Below are positions 8,746 through 17,496 of a stretch of 32,000 nucleotides of DNA, piece after piece; positions within the stretch are counted from its first letter, which is position 1, and each line of letters starts with the position of its first letter. The stretch comes from Mycobacterium tuberculosis H37Rv (lineage in GTDB: Bacteria; Actinomycetota; Actinomycetes; Mycobacteriales; Mycobacteriaceae). The stretch covers positions 600,001 through 632,000 of the forward strand of contig NC_000962.3 of assembly GCF_000195955.2 (NCBI RefSeq). Direction: 5' to 3'. A model generated the notes under the pieces. That model did not search any database. It was not told the DNA's origin and worked only from the letters and a program-made list of their open reading frames with translations. A program made the translations under genes and the position numbers.

Positions 8746-10056
8746 ATGGCCGGTGGTATGGATCAGCCGCCCGGTCAGCCTAGAAGGCGGACCAGACAGC
8801 AGAGTTCAGACGGAAAGAACGGCGTGCGCGCTGCAGAGATCACCGGAGAAATTAGGGCCCTGACAGGATTGCGCATCGTCGCGGCGGTGTGGGTAGTGCT
8901 GTTTCACTTCCGACCGATGTTGGGTGATGCGTCACCGGGCTTCCGCGACGCCCTCGCGCCGGTGCTCGACTGCGGCGCGCAGGGTGTAGACCTCTTCTTC
9001 ATCCTCAGTGGGTTCGTGCTGACCTGGAACTACCTCGACCGCATGGGCCGGTCGTGGTCGGTCCGTGCCAACCTGCACTTCTTGTGGCTGCGGCTGGCCA
9101 GGGTGTGGCCGGTGTACCTGGTCACCTTGCACCTGGCCGCCGTGTGGGTCATCTTTACGCTGCACGTCGGTCACGTGCCGTCTCCGGAGGCAGGCCAGCT
9201 GACCGCGATCAGCTATGTGCGCCAGATCCTGCTGGTGCAGCTGTGGTTTCAGCCGTATTTCGATGGATCCAGTTGGGATGGACCGGCCTGGTCGATCAGT
9301 GCGGAATGGTTGGCCTACTTGCTGTTCGGTCTGCTCATTCTGGTCATCTTCCGGATGAAGCACGCCACCAGGGCGCGGGGCCTGATGTGGCTGGCCTTCG
9401 CGGCGTCGTTGCCGCCCGTGGTGCTGCTGTTGGCCAGCGGCCAGTTCTATACGCCATGGAGCTGGCTGCCCCGAATCGTGACGCAATTCGCCGCGGGAGC
9501 GCTGGCGTGTGCCGCCGTCCGCAGGTTGCGGCCGACCGATCGCGCTCGCCGCATCGCCGGGTACCTTTCCGTGCTGGTCGGCGTCGCGATTGTCGGCATC
9601 CTCTACCTGTTGCACGCGCATCCGCTCGCCGGGGTCGAGGACAGCGGCGGGGTGGTCGACGTGCTGTTCGTTCCGCTGGTGATCAGCCTGGCGATTGGCG
9701 TCGGCAGCCTGCCGGCGTTGCTGTCGACGCGGTTGATGGTTTTTGGCGGGCAGATCTCGTTTTGCCTCTACATGGTGCACGAGCTGGTGCATACCGCCTG
9801 GGGATGGGCCGTGCAACAATACGAGCTTGCGCTGCAGGATCAGCCGTGGAAATGGAACGTCGTCGGTCTGCTCGCGATCGCCCTGGGGGCTGCGATCTTG
9901 CTGTATCACTTCGTCGAAGAACCGGGCCGCCGATGGATGCGCCGGATGGTCGACGTCAAAGCCGCGAGTGCGAGAAGCGAGCCCGGGGAGCCGGTAGGCA
10001 GCACGCGTTATCAAATCGACGATGCGCTGGAAGGGGTTTCGGCCCGCGCGGTGTGA
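8746..10056 (+). CDS. Membrane acyltransferase 3 family protein (Rv0517-like)
   Basis: 436 aa; EIRALTGLRIVAAVWVVLFHFRPM, VDLFFILSGFVLTWNY, WSISAEWLAYLLFG; multiple TM segments. Confidence 0.93.
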   Translation: MAGGMDQPPGQPRRRTRQQSSDGKNGVRAAEITGEIRALTGLRIVAAVWVVLFHFRPMLGDASPGFRDALAPVLDCGAQGVDLFFILSGFVLTWNYLDRMGRSWSVRANLHFLWLRLARVWPVYLVTLHLAAVWVIFTLHVGHVPSPEAGQLTAISYVRQILLVQLWFQPYFDGSSWDGPAWSISAEWLAYLLFGLLILVIFRMKHATRARGLMWLAFAASLPPVVLLLASGQFYTPWSWLPRIVTQFAAGALACAAVRRLRPTDRARRIAGYLSVLVGVAIVGILYLLHAHPLAGVEDSGGVVDVLFVPLVISLAIGVGSLPALLSTRLMVFGGQISFCLYMVHELVHTAWGWAVQQYELALQDQPWKWNVVGLLAIALGAAILLYHFVEEPGRRWMRRMVDVKAASARSEPGEPVGSTRYQIDDALEGVSARAV

Positions 10057-10187
10057 CGGTTGAGTGGGGCTGCAGCGGGTCGACGCGAGTTCACATCGGT
10101 TTCCTCGTACGATTCCCTTTATTTGGACGCGGCGCACGACCCGTTCAACTTTGAGCCGAGTCCAGTGGAGCCATCAGTGGAGTCAGT

Positions 10188-10883
10188 GTGAGTCGCCCGG
10201 GTACATACGTCATTGGTCTCACTCTCCTGGTCGGCCTGGTCGTCGGCAATCCAGGGTGCCCGCGGTCCTACCGCCCACTGACCCTGGATTACCGGCTTAA
10301 CCCGGTCGCGGTGATTGGCGACTCCTATACCACCGGCACCGATGAGGGCGGTCTGGGCTCGAAATCATGGACCGCTCGCACCTGGCAGATGCTCGCTGCA
10401 CGTGGCGTGCGGATCGCAGCCGACGTGGCCGCCGAGGGCCGGGCCGGCTACGGGGTGCCCGGCGACCACGGCAACGTGTTTGAGGATCTGACCGCCAGGG
10501 CCGTCCAGCCCGACGATGCACTGGTGGTGTTCTTTGGCTCCCGCAACGACCAAGGCATGGATCCTGAGGATCCCGAGATGCTGGCCGAAAAGGTCCGCGA
10601 CACTTTCGATCTAGCGCGCCACCGCGCACCATCCGCGAGCTTGCTGGTGATCGCACCGCCGTGGCCTACCGCCGACGTACCTGGCCCAATGCTGCGGATT
10701 CGCGACGTGCTGGGCGCTCAGGCGCGGGCCGCAGGAGCAGTGTTTGTCGACCCGATCGCCGACCACTGGTTTGTCGACAGGCCCGAGCTGATCGGCGCGG
10801 ATGGCGTGCATCCCAACGATGCGGGACATGAGTATCTGGCGGACAAGATCGCGCCGCTGATCAGCATGGAGTTGGTTGGATGA
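10188..10883 (+). CDS. Exported SGNH/GDSL-type hydrolase (Rv0518-like)
   Basis: N-terminal hydrophobic segment; AVIGDSYTTGTDEGG, VFFGSRNDQGMD, and ADGVHPNDAGHEYLAD (catalytic Asp/His block). Confidence 0.9.
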   Translation: MSRPGTYVIGLTLLVGLVVGNPGCPRSYRPLTLDYRLNPVAVIGDSYTTGTDEGGLGSKSWTARTWQMLAARGVRIAADVAAEGRAGYGVPGDHGNVFEDLTARAVQPDDALVVFFGSRNDQGMDPEDPEMLAEKVRDTFDLARHRAPSASLLVIAPPWPTADVPGPMLRIRDVLGAQARAAGAVFVDPIADHWFVDRPELIGADGVHPNDAGHEYLADKIAPLISMELVG

Positions 10884-10899
10884 GTTGGGAGTCACGAGC

Positions 10900-10919
10900 C
10901 ACGCAAAGGGTTTAGCGTG
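10900..10919. terminator. Possible weak hairpin between convergent genes
   Basis: CACGC-AAA-GGG-TTT-A-GCGTG: stem with one bulged A, 17 nt after the SGNH-hydrolase stop and before the minus-strand small ORF ending at 10935. No U tract. Confidence 0.3.
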
Positions 10920-10934
10920 ACGACGGTCGACGTG

Positions 10935-11051
10935 CTAGTCCTCTGCGTGCCGTTCGTAATCCCAACGCTCAAGGCGCGCCTGCAACTGCAGGAGACCAAG
11001 TCCGGCGAGTGGCGCCGCGGCGGTGAGGAAGGCCAGCAGCATCGGACTCAT
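10935..11051 (-). CDS. Small single-TM ORF, 38 aa
   Basis: MSPMLLAFLTAAAPLAGLGLLQLQARLERWDYERHAED*; GGAGG Shine-Dalgarno-like sequence 7 nt upstream of the ATG (TTTTGGAGGTTCTGAGATG). Confidence 0.65.
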   Translation of the reverse strand: MSPMLLAFLTAAAPLAGLGLLQLQARLERWDYERHAED

Positions 11052-11171
11052 CTCAGAACCTCCAAAACCATTTCATTCGTACCACGTTCGTCGTCGAGGG
11101 GTGGTTCTTTCGCGAAACATGTCCGTCCGAATTCAGCTGTCCTCAGCCACCGCCACGCTGCGCCACGTCAG

Positions 11172-12074
11172 CTAGGACGCCATCCAAGCCAGTTCGCCGG
11201 GCAACTGTTCGCGCCAGTACGACGCGTCGTGTCCTCCGGGCGAGAAGCTGCCGGCAGGCGGTTGGTGCAGTTGGTTGACGAATTGGCGAGTGGCGAAGTA
11301 GAAGCGGTCGCTGGTGCCGCAATCCACCCGTAGCGGGATTGAGTTCAGCGCGGGCAGGCCCAACACGCTGTGTTGCACATAGTCGTCGTAGCTGTCGAAC
11401 GCCCCGGGTGTGCTGCCGGTGAACGACGTGAACAATGCCGGGCTGATGGCACAGATCCCCGCGGTTCTGGCCGGACCCAACCGGGCACCCAGGAGCAGCG
11501 CGCCGTATCCCCCCATCGACCACCCCAGGAATCCCACCCGGGAGGTGTCCATACCCATCGAGGTCAGCATCGGCAGCAGCTCGTCGAGCACCATCGCACC
11601 CGAGTCCCCGCCGGAAGAGCGACGGTGCCAGTAGGTGTTGCCGCCGTCGACGCCGACCACCGCGAACGCTGGCTTGCCCTCCTTGACCAGGCGGGCCAAC
11701 CCCTGCTCGACGCCGAGATCCAGCATCATGCCGGCGTTGCCGTCCTTGCCATGCAGTGCGATCACTGGCCGCAGCTGCCCGCTCTGGCCGGGCGGCATGG
11801 AGATCACCCAGTTGGTCTTGATGCCTCCGCGAGCCGCCGAGATGAACGAGCCGGAGATCCTGGTCGGCAAGCTGCTGCCCGCCGTCGGGGGCTCGAACGG
11901 CGCCGGGGCCGCCTGCGGCTCAAGTGGGTCCACCAGGGCGCCGAAGGCCCACACGCCGGCGGCTCCCGCGCCGGCGCCGGCACCCCAACGGAGCAGGGCA
12001 CGGCGGGTCAGGTCTGCCATGGGCGTCATGATGCCGCGCCGATCGGTGTTGCCCGCACAGCCACGCCGTAGCAC
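11172..12074 (-). CDS. Exported esterase/S-formylglutathione hydrolase-like alpha/beta hydrolase with Tat-like signal (Rv0519c-like)
   Basis: LTRRALLRWGAGAGAGAAGVWAFG twin-arginine leader; GFLGWSMGGYGALLLG nucleophile elbow. The exact start among several in-frame starts is uncertain. Confidence 0.9.
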   Translation of the reverse strand: MLRRGCAGNTDRRGIMTPMADLTRRALLRWGAGAGAGAAGVWAFGALVDPLEPQAAPAPFEPPTAGSSLPTRISGSFISAARGGIKTNWVISMPPGQSGQLRPVIALHGKDGNAGMMLDLGVEQGLARLVKEGKPAFAVVGVDGGNTYWHRRSSGGDSGAMVLDELLPMLTSMGMDTSRVGFLGWSMGGYGALLLGARLGPARTAGICAISPALFTSFTGSTPGAFDSYDDYVQHSVLGLPALNSIPLRVDCGTSDRFYFATRQFVNQLHQPPAGSFSPGGHDASYWREQLPGELAWMAS

Positions 12075-12254
12075 CGGCCAATCGTGACACCGGTAACGGC
12101 TGGCGAGTCGCCGTAGTGGGGGCCCGGCTGCGCAGCAGTGACGGCATGAAGAACTTTCGCAAAACTGGAAACGGCTGGTACCGGAAGTCGGTATTCTTTG
12201 CGCGGCAGCTGCGTGTCAATGATGACCGAGCGGTAGCCCGGTCGTCCCTGGTGT

Positions 12255-12838
12255 ATGGGAGGGTGTTCGATCACCTGCCTCAACATCTCCGAAGTGCCGA
12301 ACGAGACCAACCGTAAGAAGAACCGTCAGGCCGGACTCGACCGCAGTATCCGGGTGATTCATGGCAGCTTCGACGACATTCCCGAGCCGGACAGCGGCTA
12401 TGACGTCGTCTGGTCACAAGATGCGATCCTGCACGCGCCCGACCGCCGAAAGGTGCTCGAGGAGGCATTCCGGGTGTTGCGGCCCGGCGGCGAACTGATC
12501 TTCACCGATCCGATGCAGGCCGACGATGTTCCCGACGGTGTGCTGCAGCCGGTCTACGACCGGCTCAACCTGCGTGACCTTGGCTCGATGCGCTTCTATG
12601 CGTGAAGCCGCACAGGCACTCGGTTTCGAGGTGCTCGACCAAAGAGACCTGGTTCGCAATCTGCGGACGCACTACAGCCGAGTGTTCGAGGAACTCGAAG
12701 CCCGGCGTCTCGAACTCGAGGGGAAGTCCTCCCAGGAGTACCTCGACAAGATGCGGGTAGGCCTGAAGAACTGGGTCGAGGCCGCCGACAACGGTCACTC
12801 TCGCGTGGGGCATCCAACATTTCCGAGAACCCGCCTGA
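12255..12838 (+). pseudogene. Decayed SAM-dependent (sarcosine/dimethylglycine-type) methyltransferase, covering the Rv0520 and Rv0521 fragments
   Basis: Frame A (12255-12605): GGCSITCLNISEVPNETNRK...DSGYDVVWSQDAILHAPDRRKVLEEAFRVLRPGGELIFTDPMQADDVPDGVLQPVYDRLNLRDLGSMRFY. It continues in frame B (from 12601): REAAQALGFEVLDQRDLVRNLRTHYSRVFEELE..., then a third frame WGIQHFREPA* ending 12838. Confidence 0.85.
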
Positions 12839-13037
12839 CTCCGATATGCCAGCTGCCCACGGCCGCGATCGACTCGACGGCTGGTCGTCGCCGGTATCGT
12901 TGACCCCACGGACTGCGTGACAGCCGGGGGCACGGAGTTGCCCGGCGGCGCCAGTACTGCCCCCGACGGACCGGAAGGCAGGTGCCATAGCTACCACTTC
13001 AGGACTGCGCCCAGGACTGTCGCAGCGTCAGCTCAAC

Positions 13038-14342
13038 ATGATCGCTATCGGCGGCGTCATCGGTGCTGGCTTGTTCGTCGGGTCTGGTGTGGTTATCCGT
13101 GCGACCGGTCCGGCGGCATTCCTGACCTATGCGCTGTGCGGCGCACTGATCGTTCTGGTGATGCGCATGCTGGGCGAGATGGCCGCCGCCAATCCGTCGA
13201 CTGGAGCGTTCGCCGACTACGCGGCAAAAGCCCTGGGCGGCTGGGCGGGATTCTCGGTTGGCTGGCTGTACTGGTACTTCTGGGTAATCGTCGTGGGGTT
13301 CGAGGCGGTTGCCGGCGGGAAGGTTCTAACCTACTGGATCGATGCGCCGCTGTGGTTGGCGTCGCTGTGTCTGATGATGATGATGACCGCGACGAACTTG
13401 GTCTCGGTGTCATCCTTCGGTGAGTTCGAGTTCTGGTTCGCCGGAGTCAAGGTTGCCACCATCGTCGGCTTCCTGGTCCTTGGCACCGCTTTCGCCTTCG
13501 GGCTGCTGCCGGGCCATGGCATGGATTTCAGCAACCTCAGCGCGCACGGTGGCTTCTTTCCCGACGGGGTAGGTGCCGTCTTCGCTGCCATCGTGGTCGC
13601 GATCTTCTCCATGACTGGCACGGAAGTAGTCACCATCGCCGCGGCTGAAGCGCCGGACCCTCAACGAGCGGTCCAACGCGCGATGAGCACGGTGGTGGCA
13701 CGCATCGTGATCTTCTTCGTCGGCTCGGTCTTCCTGCTCACGGTGATCCTGCCGTGGAACTCGTTGGAGCTTGGCGCCTCCCCGTACGTTGCCGCGCTGC
13801 GGCACATGGGTATTGGGGGTGCTGATCAGATCATGAATGCCGTCGTGCTTACCGCGGTGCTGTCCTGCTTGAACTCGGGCCTGTATACCGCGTCGCGGAT
13901 GCTGTTCGTGCTCGCCGCCCGGCAGGAGGCGCCGGCCCAGCTGGTCAAAGTCAACCGGCGTGGAGTCCCCACCTTCGCGATCATGGGATCGTCCGTGGTG
14001 GGATTCCTGTGCGTGATCATGGCATGGGTCTCACCCGCAACGGTATTCGTTTTCCTGCTCAACTCGTCGGGCGCTGTGATTTTGTTCGTCTACCTGCTTA
14101 TCGCGCTGTCGCAGATCGTGTTGCGTCGCCAGACATCTGGCCAAAATCTGGGGGTACGGATGTGGCTTTTCCCGGGGCTGTCGATCGTCACGGTGACCGG
14201 AATTGTCGCCGTGCTGGCGCGGATGGCGTTCGACTACGCCGCGCGCAGCCAGCTCTGGCTCAGCCTGCTGTCCTGGGCAGTGGTCGTTGGGTGTTATTTG
14301 GTCACCACATTGGTGCGACGTCCCCTTAATCGGCCTTGGTGA
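13038..14342 (+). CDS. gabP: Amino acid/GABA permease family (APC superfamily) transporter
   Basis: MIAIGGVIGAGLFVGSGVVIRATGPAAFLTYALCG..., about 11-12 TM segments, 434 aa. The N-terminus looks short (see findings). Confidence 0.88.
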   Translation: MIAIGGVIGAGLFVGSGVVIRATGPAAFLTYALCGALIVLVMRMLGEMAAANPSTGAFADYAAKALGGWAGFSVGWLYWYFWVIVVGFEAVAGGKVLTYWIDAPLWLASLCLMMMMTATNLVSVSSFGEFEFWFAGVKVATIVGFLVLGTAFAFGLLPGHGMDFSNLSAHGGFFPDGVGAVFAAIVVAIFSMTGTEVVTIAAAEAPDPQRAVQRAMSTVVARIVIFFVGSVFLLTVILPWNSLELGASPYVAALRHMGIGGADQIMNAVVLTAVLSCLNSGLYTASRMLFVLAARQEAPAQLVKVNRRGVPTFAIMGSSVVGFLCVIMAWVSPATVFVFLLNSSGAVILFVYLLIALSQIVLRRQTSGQNLGVRMWLFPGLSIVTVTGIVAVLARMAFDYAARSQLWLSLLSWAVVVGCYLVTTLVRRPLNRPW

Positions 14343-14721
14343 GCAGTACGGCCTCGTCGAACGGCAGTCTGGCAAAGACCGGCCGCCATCGGCTGCTGAC
14401 ATACGGCGCCGCCTCGGCCTTGGTGAGCCGCCGCGGGTTGGCGACACCAAAGGTTTTGCCGTAGCGGCGCATCCGGCCACCGCCGGCCGCGGTGATGTTC
14501 TTCAGCCAGTCGCGGTTCGGACCGTAGGTGAGCAAAATCGCCACGCCCGCCCGGCCGTCGACGTCCGCGCTGAACACGTTCAACGGGGTACGGTACGGCT
14601 TGCCCGAGCGGCGGCCCACGTGCTCAAGAATCGCGAACGCCGGGAGCCAGCCGGCCCATAGCCGCTGAATGGGGTTGGTGACATATCGATTGAACCGAGC
14701 CAGCCACTGCGGTAGTTGCAT
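14326..14721 (-). CDS. Deazaflavin-dependent nitroreductase (DDN)/PNPOx-like family protein (Rv0523c-like)
   Basis: [56 protein letters not shown]...; 3' end overlaps the convergent gabP 3' end. Confidence 0.86.
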   Translation of the reverse strand: MQLPQWLARFNRYVTNPIQRLWAGWLPAFAILEHVGRRSGKPYRTPLNVFSADVDGRAGVAILLTYGPNRDWLKNITAAGGGRMRRYGKTFGVANPRRLTKAEAAPYVSSRWRPVFARLPFDEAVLLTKAD

Positions 14722-14834
14722 GCCCACCATCCAACTCGTGGACCGGCCGCGGCATCAAGCAAACCTCTGGTGGCTGCGGCAAACTCTTACACCCTGTAGT
14801 TGAGCGACCTGGGCAGGCTGGAACACTAGTCGTC

Positions 14835-16223
14835 ATGGGCAGCACGGAACAGGCCACCTCGCGGGTAAGGGGAGCCGCGCGCACATCGGCGCAGCTGTTC
14901 GAGGCCGCATGCAGCGTCATACCCGGCGGAGTGAACTCCCCGGTGCGGGCGTTCACGGCGGTGGGCGGCACCCCGCGCTTCATTACCGAAGCCCACGGCT
15001 GCTGGTTGATTGACGCCGACGGCAACCGCTACGTAGACCTGGTCTGCTCATGGGGCCCGATGATCCTCGGTCACGCGCATCCGGCCGTCGTCGAGGCAGT
15101 GGCCAAGGCCGCAGCCCGCGGCCTGTCCTTCGGGGCCCCGACTCCCGCCGAAACCCAACTAGCCGGCGAGATCATCGGCCGGGTAGCTCCCGTCGAGCGG
15201 ATACGGCTGGTGAACTCCGGCACCGAGGCCACTATGAGCGCCGTGCGGCTGGCCCGCGGATTCACCGGCCGGGCCAAGATCGTCAAGTTCTCCGGCTGCT
15301 ACCACGGACACGTCGACGCATTGCTCGCCGACGCGGGTTCGGGAGTGGCCACCCTGGGCTTATGTGACGACCCCCAGCGCCCGGCTTCGCCGCGCTCGCA
15401 ATCGTCACGGGGCCTGCCGTCCTCCCCCGGGGTCACTGGCGCCGCGGCAGCCGACACGATCGTGTTGCCCTACAACGACATCGATGCCGTACAGCAGACC
15501 TTCGCCCGGTTCGGCGAGCAGATCGCCGCCGTAATCACCGAGGCCAGCCCCGGCAACATGGGAGTCGTCCCGCCCGGGCCCGGCTTCAACGCGGCGCTGC
15601 GCGCGATCACCGCCGAGCACGGCGCCCTGCTCATCCTCGACGAGGTGATGACCGGGTTCCGGGTCAGCCGAAGTGGTTGGTACGGAATCGATCCGGTGCC
15701 CGCTGACCTGTTCGCCTTCGGCAAGGTGATGAGCGGCGGGATGCCCGCCGCCGCGTTCGGCGGGCGCGCCGAGGTGATGCAGCGGCTGGCGCCGCTGGGG
15801 CCGGTGTATCAGGCCGGCACGTTGTCGGGTAACCCGGTGGCGGTTGCCGCCGGGCTGGCAACGCTGCGGGCCGCCGACGACGCGGTCTACACCGCATTGG
15901 ACGCCAACGCTGACCGCCTGGCCGGCCTGCTCTCCGAGGCACTGACGGATGCCGTTGTGCCACACCAGATTTCGCGGGCAGGCAATATGCTCAGTGTGTT
16001 CTTCGGCGAAACACCGGTGACCGACTTCGCGTCCGCGCGGGCCAGCCAGACCTGGCGTTATCCAGCGTTCTTTCATGCCATGCTGGACGCCGGTGTCTAC
16101 CCGCCGTGCAGTGCCTTCGAGGCATGGTTCGTCTCGGCCGCTTTGGACGACGCGGCGTTCGGCCGGATCGCCAACGCGCTGCCCGCCGCGGCCCGAGCGG
16201 CGGCCCAGGAAAGGCCCGCCTGA
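14835..16223 (+). CDS. hemL: Glutamate-1-semialdehyde 2,1-aminomutase
   Basis: [92 protein letters not shown]; 462 aa. Confidence 0.96.
   Translation: MGSTEQATSRVRGAARTSAQLFEAACSVIPGGVNSPVRAFTAVGGTPRFITEAHGCWLIDADGNRYVDLVCSWGPMILGHAHPAVVEAVAKAAARGLSFGAPTPAETQLAGEIIGRVAPVERIRLVNSGTEATMSAVRLARGFTGRAKIVKFSGCYHGHVDALLADAGSGVATLGLCDDPQRPASPRSQSSRGLPSSPGVTGAAAADTIVLPYNDIDAVQQTFARFGEQIAAVITEASPGNMGVVPPGPGFNAALRAITAEHGALLILDEVMTGFRVSRSGWYGIDPVPADLFAFGKVMSGGMPAAAFGGRAEVMQRLAPLGPVYQAGTLSGNPVAVAAGLATLRAADDAVYTALDANADRLAGLLSEALTDAVVPHQISRAGNMLSVFFGETPVTDFASARASQTWRYPAFFHAMLDAGVYPPCSAFEAWFVSAALDDAAFGRIANALPAAARAAAQERPA
15360..15413 (+). repeat. Candidate 54-nt in-frame repeat insertion within hemL
   Basis: Codes [18 protein letters not shown] between GVATLG and LPSSPGVTG. 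Inverted repeat GTGACGA (15364-15370)/TCGTCAC (15402-15408), with an internal CGGC-TTC-GCCG hairpin. Confidence 0.6.
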
Positions 16224-16831
16224 TGCCCGAGGAAACCCAAGTCCACGTGGTGCGCCACGGTGAGGTGCACAACCCTACCGGCATCCTGTACGGGCGGCTG
16301 CCCGGATTCCACCTGTCCGCAACCGGCGCGGCGCAGGCCGCCGCCGTCGCCGACGCGCTGGCCGACCGCGACATCGTCGCGGTAATCGCATCGCCCTTGC
16401 AGCGTGCCCAGGAGACCGCCGCGCCCATCGCCGCCCGGCATGACCTTGCGGTGGAGACAGACCCGGATCTGATCGAATCGGCCAACTTCTTCGAGGGCCG
16501 CCGCGTCGGCCCCGGTGACGGGGCATGGCGCGACCCGCGGGTGTGGTGGCAGCTGCGTAACCCGTTCACCCCGTCGTGGGGTGAGCCTTACGTGGATATC
16601 GCTGCCCGAATGACGACCGCGGTGGACAAGGCACGTGTCCGCGGCGCCGGCCATGAGGTGGTGTGCGTCAGCCATCAGCTGCCGGTGTGGACGCTGCGGC
16701 TGTATCTGACCGGTAAGCGCCTCTGGCACGATCCGCGCCGTCGGGACTGCGCACTGGCCTCGGTGACGTCGTTGATCTACGACGGCGACCGCCTGGTTGA
16801 CGTGGTGTATTCGCAGCCGGCGGCGCTTTGA
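16223..16831 (+). CDS. Histidine phosphatase/phosphoglycerate mutase family protein (Rv0525-like)
   Basis: [39 protein letters not shown] (RHG motif); ATG overlaps the hemL TGA. Confidence 0.93.
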   Translation: MPEETQVHVVRHGEVHNPTGILYGRLPGFHLSATGAAQAAAVADALADRDIVAVIASPLQRAQETAAPIAARHDLAVETDPDLIESANFFEGRRVGPGDGAWRDPRVWWQLRNPFTPSWGEPYVDIAARMTTAVDKARVRGAGHEVVCVSHQLPVWTLRLYLTGKRLWHDPRRRDCALASVTSLIYDGDRLVDVVYSQPAAL

Positions 16832-16845
16832 CCGCGCCGGCGACG

Positions 16846-17496
16846 ATGCAGAGCAGAGCGACCAGAAGGAGCGGCGCTTTGACCATGCGCCGGCTGGTGA
16901 TCGCCGCAGCGGTATCGGCATTGCTGCTCACCGGCTGTTCCGGGCGCGACGCCGTCGCCCAAGGCGGCACGTTCGAATTCGTCTCGCCCGGCGGAAAGAC
17001 CGACATCTTCTACGATCCGCCTGCCAGCCGCGGCCGCCCGGGCCCACTGTCTGGGCCGGAGCTGGCGGATCCGGCGCGCAGTGTGTCGCTGGACGACTTC
17101 CCTGGGCAGGTCGTCGTCGTCAACGTGTGGGGGCAATGGTGTGGGCCGTGCCGGGCCGAGGTCAGCCAACTACAGCGGGTGTATGACGCCACCCGAGGTG
17201 CGGGTGTGTCGTTCCTCGGGATCGACGTGCGCGACAACAACCGCCAGGCGCCCCAGGACTTCATCAACGACCGGCATGTGACGTACCCGTCGATCTATGA
17301 CCCGGCGATGCGCACCTTGATCGCATTCGGTGGCAAATACCCCACCAGCGTCATTCCGTCCACGCTGGTGCTGGACCGTCAGCACCGGGTCGCGGCGGTG
17401 TTTCTGCGCGAATTGCTGGCTGCGGACCTGCAGCCGGTGGTCGAGCGGGTGGCCGAGGAGGAGCCGTCGGGTCGGGCTCCGGTGGGGGCGCAATGA
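16846..17496 (+). CDS. Exported thioredoxin-like protein, ResA/TlpA type (Rv0526-like)
   Basis: LVIAAAVSALLLTGCSG lipobox and VVNVWGQWCGPCRAEVSQL (CxxC). Confidence 0.93.
   Translation: MQSRATRRSGALTMRRLVIAAAVSALLLTGCSGRDAVAQGGTFEFVSPGGKTDIFYDPPASRGRPGPLSGPELADPARSVSLDDFPGQVVVVNVWGQWCGPCRAEVSQLQRVYDATRGAGVSFLGIDVRDNNRQAPQDFINDRHVTYPSIYDPAMRTLIAFGGKYPTSVIPSTLVLDRQHRVAAVFLRELLAADLQPVVERVAEEEPSGRAPVGAQ

Noticed and set aside
10917-11333. 138-aa plus-strand ORF between the SGNH hydrolase and the esterase
   Set aside because: No domain; it conflicts with the minus-strand 38-aa ORF that has a strong Shine-Dalgarno sequence, and with the 3' end of the esterase.
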